A DNA stretch of 6,735 bases from Candidatus Odinarchaeia archaeon (GCA_029856525.1 JAHQXC010000069.1:1-6735), one strand, 5' to 3'. Positions 1 to 6,035 are shown, numbered from the stretch's first letter. Program-made: numbers and translations. Notes: generated by a model not told the origin, from the sequence alone.

Positions 1-452
1 CTATCAGCTAAATAATTTAAGTCTAATTCCTCCAGTCCTAGAATTTTTTTAAGAACGGCTTTTCGAAGTGACGCGCGCGCAGCAGCCTTGATAACATTAA
101 ACACAATGTCGTCACGGTCCAAATAAAATATGTTATCACTGTTATCTGGGAAAATTATTAAATCAAGTTTTTCAATATACTCTTGTAAAGCTTTTTCTAA
201 CCTCTCTCTATCTAAATTATTGCTAGCACAGTAATCTTCAAGATTCAAAGCGTAAGAACGGTGGTTAGGTTTATGAGACGCGATATAAGCTGCAGCCCAA
301 AAATAAACTTCATCCACATCTATATTAGAAGCATCTATTAAACGCGCTAAAAGACTAAGCGAGTATAAAACAGTTCTATTATTTAAACCAGATTTTAAAG
401 TAAGAAGATTATAAGCTCGAGAGATGATTTCATGATGAATTCTCCTCTCCAT
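1..452 (-). CDS. Hypothetical protein, running off the window at position 1 so its C-terminus is missing; contains a TFIIB/cyclin-box-like helical repeat
   Basis: Manual translation from ATG at 452 is open for 150 codons to the window edge: MERRIHHEIISRAYNLLTLKSGLNNRTVLYSLSLLARLIDASNIDVDEVYFWAAAYIASHKPNHRSYALNLEDYCASNNLDRERLEKALQEYIEKLDLIIFPDNSDNIFYLDRDDIVFNVIKAAARASLRKAVLKKILGLEELDLNYLAD... A GGATGGTG SD-like motif ends 6 nt upstream. It is absent from the ORF track, presumably because the window contains no stop codon for it. The CDS call is solid; the fold call is only motif resemblance. Confidence 0.8.
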   Translation of the reverse strand, partial: MERRIHHEIISRAYNLLTLKSGLNNRTVLYSLSLLARLIDASNIDVDEVYFWAAAYIASHKPNHRSYALNLEDYCASNNLDRERLEKALQEYIEKLDLIIFPDNSDNIFYLDRDDIVFNVIKAAARASLRKAVLKKILGLEELDLNYLAD

Positions 453-729
453 TAGAGCACCATCCGATAACCAGGTTATTGATTTACATGATGAAACTGT
501 AATCGAGAATATTTAGCCGGTGAACTATTAGAAGACCCGTCTAAACTATTAATATATATTTAAAGTTAAAAACCGATATATATTATTATTTAAGCAGGTC
601 GCCTATATTTAAACAGAAAATTTATAAGCGGTTAATTTTATTTAATAACAGTTTTAATTAATATCGTTAAGTAGTCGCTGAATTCGATATAAGTTTTCAT
701 TCCACCCGGTTTTTAAAGGTGTGGTATAA
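453..729. promoter_or_regulatory. AT-rich divergent promoter region
   Basis: Lies between divergent genes. It has TATA-like boxes on both strands, e.g. cagaaaaTTTTATAA at ~615-628 on + and TTTAAATATATA at ~564-553 on -. An AGGTG SD at 717-721 precedes the TTG at 730. Which TATA boxes are used cannot be determined. Confidence 0.55.
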
Positions 730-1914
730 TTGTCCGGTCAAGTGAACAGCAAGGATACAGGTTTACGAGGTGTATATGTAGCTAACACCGGCATAAGTAT
801 GATAGATGAAACAGCCGGTAAACTTTTCTATAGAGGGTATTTAGTTAACACACTCACTAAGTATTCCACGTATGAGGAGACCGCTTATCTCATAATGCAT
901 GGTAAGCTACCTTTAAGAAGCGAGTTAGATAAGTTTAGCTCAAACTTAAAATCTGAGAGGAAGATACCTAGCGAAGTTCTAAAATTTATGATGCAGATTC
1001 CGAAAGAGTCACCTCCTATGGATGTTCTTCAATCAACTATTAGCATACTTGCACATTACGACCCTGATATTTACGATCAGTCGAAAGAAGCACATTACAG
1101 GCAATCTATAAGAATTATAGCTAAAATACCTACAGTGATAGCTGCATGGGATAGAATTAGAAAAAATATGAGCGTGATAGAACCTGATACCAGTCTATCG
1201 CATACAGATAATTTTCTTTACATGTTATTCGGTGAAAGAGCACCGCCGAAGATTGAAAAATGTTTTGATATAGCTATGATTGCTCATGCAGAGCACTCTT
1301 TCAACGCTTCAACATTCGCAGCTAGAATAGTGGCGTCGACTAATGCGCATGTATACGCGGCGATAGTAGCTGCTATTGGAGCGCTCTCAGGGGATCTTCA
1401 CGGCGGCGCGTGCTATCAGGTGATGAGAAATCTTAAAGAGATAGGGTCACCTGAGAAAGTTGAACAGTGGGTTATAAACCAGCTTGCCAATAATAGGAAG
1501 ATAAGTGGAATGGGGCATGCGGTATATAAGACGGTTGATCCGAGGGTTAAAATACTCGATGAATGTATACGGGTACTAACCGAAAATATAGAGGACTACA
1601 AGTATTATAAAATGATTAAATTAATTGAAAAATATACTAAAAGAGAATTTAGAAAATTGAAAGGCGCGGATATATATCCGAATGTGGATCTTTACAGCGC
1701 TGTCCTCTATAATTTAATGGGAATAGACTGCGACCTTTACCCTGCTCTTTTCGCGCTTTCGAGAAGCGTAGGCTGGTGTACTCATATAATAGAGCAGAAA
1801 TACCCTGATCCACCGCTTAAACCTGTATTATACAGGCCTTTAGCTGATTATAAGGGATTATATTATGGACCTAACGGGGGAAGATACATTCCAATAGATA
1901 AAAGAAAACACTAG
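730..1914 (+). CDS. gltA: Citrate synthase (Si-type, ~390-aa dimeric class; citrate/2-methylcitrate synthase family)
   Basis: Has the N-terminal GLRGV and LFYRGY motifs and HAEHSFNASTF (H189). The catalytic motifs are present: GDLHGGA (H224), GMGHAVYKTVDPR (H263, R272) and PNVDLYS (D320). The C-terminal LYRP arm is present. TTG start with an AGGTG SD. Confidence 0.95.
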   Translation: MSGQVNSKDTGLRGVYVANTGISMIDETAGKLFYRGYLVNTLTKYSTYEETAYLIMHGKLPLRSELDKFSSNLKSERKIPSEVLKFMMQIPKESPPMDVLQSTISILAHYDPDIYDQSKEAHYRQSIRIIAKIPTVIAAWDRIRKNMSVIEPDTSLSHTDNFLYMLFGERAPPKIEKCFDIAMIAHAEHSFNASTFAARIVASTNAHVYAAIVAAIGALSGDLHGGACYQVMRNLKEIGSPEKVEQWVINQLANNRKISGMGHAVYKTVDPRVKILDECIRVLTENIEDYKYYKMIKLIEKYTKREFRKLKGADIYPNVDLYSAVLYNLMGIDCDLYPALFALSRSVGWCTHIIEQKYPDPPLKPVLYRPLADYKGLYYGPNGGRYIPIDKRKH

Positions 1915-2435
1915 GATACTGCTTTAGTAACAGTCCATCTTAAAGCTCTTTCAATCTCTCTAACCCGTTGCTGCTCACGGTAATTCTCTATTAAAATTCT
2001 TTTTATATTAGAGTCTTCTTCCTCTATAGTATACTTAAATAAAGACTTTTCATCTAAACCTTTCTGCCCTCGAATATTTTCATCTTCAACCCTATATTTC
2101 TCTAGAACTTTAGGTATAAAAAACGATTGAAGAGAAGGAGATTTAACACTTATTTTAATATTAGATGACGGAGTGAAGATTATTTTATTATCTGTGATCT
2201 CGAGTCGACCTAAAATATTACCTGCACTGTCTTTAATATCTCTAACAACACCGGATTCTCCGGGTTTAGTAAGCTGATCCGCTGTTTTAAGACTTGTTTT
2301 AACTAGAAAAAGATCTATAGCTTTAATGAATTCTTTGTATTCAGCTAATTTCGCCTCTAGTTCATCAATCTGATCTTCTAAAAAAGATTTTAGCCTAGCT
2401 AAAGCTTCAACCGGTTTCTCATCTCTATCAGACAT
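1911..2435 (-). CDS. Conserved archaeal hypothetical protein, 174 aa: N-terminal coiled coil plus alpha/beta C-terminal domain
   Basis: ATG with SD AGGTTGA (2446-2440) and an upstream TTTTATATTTAA box (2490-2479). The N-terminus has a heptad pattern (LARLKSFLEDQIDELEAKLAEYKEFIKAIDLFL). The C-terminal SFFIPKVL...NYREQQRVREIERALRWT resembles an uncharacterised TACK/Asgard family as I recall it. Confidence 0.85.
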   Translation of the reverse strand: MSDRDEKPVEALARLKSFLEDQIDELEAKLAEYKEFIKAIDLFLVKTSLKTADQLTKPGESGVVRDIKDSAGNILGRLEITDNKIIFTPSSNIKISVKSPSLQSFFIPKVLEKYRVEDENIRGQKGLDEKSLFKYTIEEEDSNIKRILIENYREQQRVREIERALRWTVTKAVS

Positions 2436-2478
2436 CGAATCAACCTGCGAAATTTAGTTATAGAATAATTTAACAAAC

Positions 2479-2490
2479 TTAAATATAAAA
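2479..2490 (-). promoter_or_regulatory. Putative TATA box for the 174-aa hypothetical gene
   Basis: TTTTATATTTAA on the minus strand about 45-55 nt upstream of ATG 2435, leaving a short leader that contains the SD. Confidence 0.5.
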
Positions 2491-2681
2491 TATGAGCATT
2501 CTTTAAATCATATACTTCACGCATATTCTAAAATGAATACTACCTTGAAACACAGTTTTCACAACCCAGTTCACTTAAAGAAAAGAAATATTAGATATTT
2601 ATCCGCCACCGGCTTACATAGCTGTAATCCATGCTTAAAGCTAATAAAACAATTTATAGGCGAAATGCTAACATGTTGAAA

Positions 2682-2703
2682 TTTATAAAATTAAATGTTT
2701 AAA
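2682..2703 (+). promoter_or_regulatory. Putative TATA box(es) for the Zn-ribbon gene
   Basis: TTTATAAA at 2682-2689 and TTTAAA at 2698-2703. The latter is ~25 nt upstream of ATG 2728, which fits a leaderless transcript, and no SD precedes 2728. Confidence 0.45.
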
Positions 2704-2727
2704 TCTTCGAGGGCTTATAGTAGTTTT

Positions 2728-2967
2728 ATGGCTGATTATTTAGTAACTAGGTGTTCGCGGTGTAAGATGCCTTTCTATTTTAAAACTCCTCAAAAAACTA
2801 AGCGGTGCCCTAATTGCAATACACTGCTTACACTCTCTAAATTGAGCATACTTTATAAAGCTGTTAACGCTGAGGATGCGTTAAAAATTGTTTTAATGTT
2901 GAAGCAGCCTGGCGCTAACAGTAGCTTCATAGAGGCCTCTAAGATTATGAATGGAGATGAAACTTGA
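2728..2967 (+). CDS. Small Zn-ribbon protein, DUF1922-like (79 aa; ORF track extends the start to 2695)
   Basis: MADYLVTRCSRCKMPFYFKTPQKTKRCPNCNTLLTL... has two CxxC pairs, the xKTKRC spacing and a following ILYKAVNAEDALKIVLMLK helix, which is the DUF1922-type layout. The start at 2728 is preferred because the family begins just before the first CxxC and the TATA spacing fits. Confidence 0.75.
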   Translation: MADYLVTRCSRCKMPFYFKTPQKTKRCPNCNTLLTLSKLSILYKAVNAEDALKIVLMLKQPGANSSFIEASKIMNGDET

Positions 2968-3033
2968 GCGACCGCCGGTCTTCACAAATAGATTCCCGCT
3001 TCCGCAACCGGTTTCGATATCCACGAGTGTAAC

Positions 3034-3144
3034 GTTAACTTACCTATGCATAAGTGAACCCATTCTATCGGATGGGGTTCCTGCTTCAATGATGAAGCTT
3101 ACCGGTATTTTCGACCGGTAGAGGCCCAGTCTCAGCCCTGCAGC
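3034..3144 (-). ncRNA. Candidate orphan TnpB-type omegaRNA (IS200/IS605 right-end-derived scaffold 3144-3054 plus ~20-nt putative guide 3053-3034)
   Basis: The minus strand reads GCTGCAGGGCTGAGACTGGGCCTC-TACCGGT(CGAAAAT)ACCGGTA-AGCTTCATCAT-TGAAGCAG-GAACCCCATCC(GATA)GAATGGGTTC-AC. The order CCTCTAC/hairpin/AAG...TGAAGCAGGAA/hairpin/TTCAC matches my recollection of archaeal IS605/IS1341-type tnpB 3' ends. It also encodes the relic peptides ETGPLPVENTGK and KQEP, typical of TnpB C-terminal tails. No alignment was run. Confidence 0.6.
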
Positions 3145-3168
3145 TTTATTCTTTTTGACGATGGAAAC

Positions 3169-3182
3169 TATAAATACTTTTC
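3169..3182 (-). promoter_or_regulatory. BRE/TATA promoter candidate for the omegaRNA-like RNA
   Basis: The minus strand reads GAAAAG-TATTTATA: a purine-rich BRE followed by TATA. Standard archaeal spacing puts the TSS near 3146-3143, at the start of the GC-rich scaffold. Confidence 0.55.
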
Positions 3183-3204
3183 AGCTTTCATCCTCAGCTG
3201 TCAT
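3181..3204 (-). repeat. Tandem 11-nt imperfect direct repeat ATGA(C/A)AGCTGA
   Basis: ATGACAGCTGA (3204-3194), GG spacer, ATGAAAGCTGA (3191-3181). It can also fold as a CAGCT/AGCTG hairpin. Confidence 0.7.
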
Positions 3205-3291
3205 AGCGGACTTCACGCCGATAAAGTTAAAAATGAATATAAAGTTTTTAGTCTTCAATCTCTTATTGGAATGAGACCTAGCTGTTTAATC

Positions 3292-4614
3292 TTAAAATTC
3301 AACCATAACCGGGCTGAATTTCACAGCTGTTTGGTTTATTGTACTCTGCTCTTCACGTCCGCCTACATCTACTATAGAGTTTAAAATATTTGTACATGAA
3401 GAGGAGAGCAGAGGCCCGTAGATAGGCTTCGATATTTCACCGTTTATTATTAAATAACCACATATAACCACAACTCCGAAGTCTCCTGTAACGCTATTAG
3501 AGGTGTGAGCGCCTGTGACTGTTTCAATATAATAACCTTTAGTTATATCATGAATTAGATTATTACTTGTAGTTGAAGGAATGTGAATTGTGTTTAACCC
3601 TATGCTTGGGGGGGTGTAGTAACTTCTATGAGCGTTACCTGTGCTCTCTAATCCAGCTCTACTACTCCACTCAATATCGTATACAGCCTGCTTTAAAACA
3701 CCGTGGTTAATTATTATATTTTTTCTCGTTGAAGTCCCTTCACCGTCAAATGGCCGGCCGCTTACAAAATTATTAGAATCACCCCAGTCAATTAAGAATA
3801 CTTTCTCAGACGCGATCTTGGATCCTATTTTATCGGAGAGGAAACTCCTCCCTCTCGCTATATTCTCACCTGTAATAGCCTGGCCGAAGGTGTGATAGAG
3901 TATTTCACCTAAAGCAGCCGGGCTTAAAATCAACTTATTATTTAGATTAATCTCTCTACTCGGCTTTAACGCTGATTTTAATTTATATGCGAATTCATCA
4001 GCGATTTCGTCTATTACTCTCCCCTCTGATAAGATTGAAAAATCTTCGACTTGGCATTCAAGAGATGGAGGGTTGTCAGATTTCCCGTAAACTATTTTTC
4101 TTAACATAGATTTTTTATAAGTAGATTCGAATCCTGTTGTATTATATAATCGGGTCTCTATTAGAAAACGCTCAACACCCCCGGATAAAATCGGGTTGAC
4201 ACCTAGTTTCTTCGATTTCTCTAGCGCTTGATTAAGTAAAGCTGTTGAATCCTCTAAAATTTTTGAGCAAGGTAATTCAGCTATCTTATCAGAGTAGAAT
4301 AAACCGCTATCTCTCACAGGCTTGTCTTGAAACTTAATAAACGGGTTCACCTCATTAATTTTAGCTAACCGAATAGCCTGTTTAAGCAGACGGTCTAAGT
4401 TTCTAGGCGCTAGGTTACAGGTGGAAGCGTAGCCTAATCTATTATTATAGAGAACTCTAACACCGACTCCAGCATCAGTCACATCTTCAAAAACATCTAT
4501 TTTATTATTTTCAAAACTTGAAGTTGTGTGAGAAATTTTAGAATAGTATATTTCACATTCAACTCCAAGTTTGGAAGCTTTAGCTAAAATTTTTTCGAAC
4601 AAATTAAATTCCAC
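3292..4614 (-). CDS. pmbA: TldE/PmbA family protein (non-catalytic partner subunit of the TldD/E metalloprotease)
   Basis: Has GVGVRVLYNNRLGYAS, LILSPAALGEIL, GRSFLSDKIGSKIASE, RPFDGEGT, STGNAHR and TGAHTSNSVTGDF. It lacks the HExxGH zinc motif (EILYHTFGQ instead). The GTG start overlaps the last codons of tldD by 11 bp. Confidence 0.9.
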   Translation of the reverse strand: MEFNLFEKILAKASKLGVECEIYYSKISHTTSSFENNKIDVFEDVTDAGVGVRVLYNNRLGYASTCNLAPRNLDRLLKQAIRLAKINEVNPFIKFQDKPVRDSGLFYSDKIAELPCSKILEDSTALLNQALEKSKKLGVNPILSGGVERFLIETRLYNTTGFESTYKKSMLRKIVYGKSDNPPSLECQVEDFSILSEGRVIDEIADEFAYKLKSALKPSREINLNNKLILSPAALGEILYHTFGQAITGENIARGRSFLSDKIGSKIASEKVFLIDWGDSNNFVSGRPFDGEGTSTRKNIIINHGVLKQAVYDIEWSSRAGLESTGNAHRSYYTPPSIGLNTIHIPSTTSNNLIHDITKGYYIETVTGAHTSNSVTGDFGVVVICGYLIINGEISKPIYGPLLSSSCTNILNSIVDVGGREEQSTINQTAVKFSPVMVEF

Positions 4615-5995
4615 CTACCGTTAATTTTGGAACGCGAACAGATGGGCCTCCATCACCTACAGTAACCCATTGTCCTTTACCACAGGTTCCAATATCTGTG
4701 TCAAAATTTTCTCCAATACCGTCTATACTCATCAAGGTTTCAAAAGTTGAACCGGATATTGAGACATCTCTAACTGGCTGTTTTAACTCGCCGTGTTCTA
4801 TAATCCATCCGATCTGCGCGGCGAATTGAAAGGCACCTAGAAGAGAGGCTTGACCGCCGATGAATTTTTCAACAAAAACTCCTTTATCAATATCCTCTAC
4901 TAGCTCTTCAAAAGATAGGTCACCGTTTTTAAGATAAGTGTTTCTCATTCTAATAATCGGCGGGTAACGGTAGCTTGAAGCACGAGCGTTACCGGCAGGG
5001 GGCTGATTGAAGAGTCTAGCGTATTCCCGGTTAACCATAAAACTTTTAAGAACACCTTTCTCCACCAGTACAGATTTAACTCCCTTAACACCCTCCTGAT
5101 CGTATGGAATCCAACCTCCGTCTAAGTTTAACGGATCATCGATAATCGTAATATTTTCATTAGCTATTCTCTCATTTATTTGCTGGGGTTTAATCACGCC
5201 TCCTGCGGCGGCTAAATCGGCTTCACATAAATGCCCGAAGGCTTCATGAATTAAGGTACCAGTCATAGAAGGGTCCATAACCACGGGCACAGCTCCTTTA
5301 GGAGGCGTGGAGCCGGCGAGAATGTTTTTAACCCTGTTAATTGAACGCGTTATTAGCGGCTCAGGATCCCATTTACCGCCTGTTTTAAAAGCTTCCAGAC
5401 CTCGCACACCTCCGACGGTTTCAGATGAACGGGCGCGTTTCCCGCTATCTAAACCTGTTAAATTAATAACAAGCCTGTTGAACGGATGGGTCTGAGTTAT
5501 TCTAGACCCCTCGCTATTAGAGTAAAACTCCTCTCTATAAGATGAATTAAAGAGTATGTTAAAAGATTTTATAAAAGAGGCTTCAGATTTTTTTAAATCT
5601 AGCAGGCTCTCGTATACAGATAACGGAATATCTGCGATTTCCTCTATATTTGTATTTAACAGGGACTTGGAGACCTTAACAGTGACGTTGTCAACGTATA
5701 CATCCGTATCATATAATTCAATTTTTTTAAAATAAGCTGGCTTAATTTGAAAGAAGTTGCTTTCAAAAATTTTTTTCAAAGATTTTTTATTAGGATTAGT
5801 GATAAATGTGAAAAACCATAACCCATCTTTTAAAAATCTAATACTTAAACCGTTATCCTCGTTGAAAAGCAGCTCTTTAACACCATCCTCAGTTATCCTT
5901 ATAGATATTGTTTGAATAAGCTCCTGTCTGCACTCCACGAAATCGAAGTTTTTAAAGATCGGCTGATTTAAAGCAAAGCTAGTTAAATCCTCCAT
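4604..5995 (-). CDS. tldD: TldD family zinc metalloprotease (catalytic subunit)
   Basis: Has the HEAFGH zinc motif (5248-5231), DDP...YDQEGV, GNARASSYRYPPIIRMRNTY, and the C-terminal CGKGQWVTVGDGGPSVRV with the conserved Cys ligand. ATG with a GGTG SD. Confidence 0.95.
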   Translation of the reverse strand: MEDLTSFALNQPIFKNFDFVECRQELIQTISIRITEDGVKELLFNEDNGLSIRFLKDGLWFFTFITNPNKKSLKKIFESNFFQIKPAYFKKIELYDTDVYVDNVTVKVSKSLLNTNIEEIADIPLSVYESLLDLKKSEASFIKSFNILFNSSYREEFYSNSEGSRITQTHPFNRLVINLTGLDSGKRARSSETVGGVRGLEAFKTGGKWDPEPLITRSINRVKNILAGSTPPKGAVPVVMDPSMTGTLIHEAFGHLCEADLAAAGGVIKPQQINERIANENITIIDDPLNLDGGWIPYDQEGVKGVKSVLVEKGVLKSFMVNREYARLFNQPPAGNARASSYRYPPIIRMRNTYLKNGDLSFEELVEDIDKGVFVEKFIGGQASLLGAFQFAAQIGWIIEHGELKQPVRDVSISGSTFETLMSIDGIGENFDTDIGTCGKGQWVTVGDGGPSVRVPKLTVGGI

Positions 5996-6035
5996 TCACA
6001 ACACCGTGATAAATTAAAATCTAGTTAAAAGAGTT

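Larger units (their letters stand above)
3054..3226 (-). mobile_element. Possible miniature non-autonomous IS200/IS605 derivative (173 bp)
   Basis: The right end would be hairpin plus TTCAC ending at 3054. A TTTAA pentamer (3231-3227, minus), a known TAM/left cleavage motif for some TnpB elements, precedes a GC-rich structured block. The left-end assignment is weak: TTTAA is common here and the block does not resemble the right-end hairpin. Confidence 0.25.

Noticed and set aside
2533-2679. 48-aa + strand ORF (MNTTLKH...CNPC...) in the divergent intergenic region
   Set aside because: It has no SD and only one CxxC, and it runs up against the promoter boxes; most likely chance.
2695-2727. N-terminal extension of the Zn-ribbon ORF
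   Set aside because: It overlaps the TATA-like boxes; ATG 2728 fits the family start and leaderless spacing better.
3089-3142. C/D box sRNA on + starting at ATGATGA (3089-3095)
   Set aside because: There is no downstream CTGA D box at a suitable distance, and the region is better explained as the antisense of the omegaRNA-like scaffold.
3054-3200. Self-cleaving ribozyme (HDV-like GAATGGG 3' end; hammerhead-like CTGAGGA..GAAA)
   Set aside because: The HDV P1/P3/P1.1 nested pseudoknot cannot be built, and there is no stem II between CTGAGGA and GAAA.
2514-3218. Repeated 9-mer ACTTCACGC at 2514-2522 and 3210-3218
   Set aside because: A single 9-mer repeat is expected by chance in 6.7 kb, and the flanks do not extend.
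2968-3220. RNase P RNA, SRP RNA, 5S rRNA or tRNA as explanation of the GC-rich intergenic region
   Set aside because: GAAGTCCGC resembles the P4 5' strand, but the required GCGGCTT partner is absent. The GC-GGAA-GC loop lacks the SRP helix-8 CAGG/AGCA internal loop. GTCATAGCGG resembles the 5S 5' end but does not continue. GGTTTCGATATCC is only a distorted T-loop with no cloverleaf.
3161-3274. 37-aa + strand ORF METINTFQ...
   Set aside because: It is short, has no SD or motif, and overlaps the promoter and repeat block.
3608-3614. G7 homopolymer in tldE as a phase-variation site
   Set aside because: It simply encodes Thr-Pro-Pro in an intact frame and is short for a contingency locus.
3641-3895. 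84-aa + strand ORF from the track
   Set aside because: It lies antisense inside tldE and has no recognisable motif; a shadow ORF.
5307-5495. 62-aa + strand ORF from the track
   Set aside because: It lies antisense inside tldD and has no recognisable motif; a shadow ORF.
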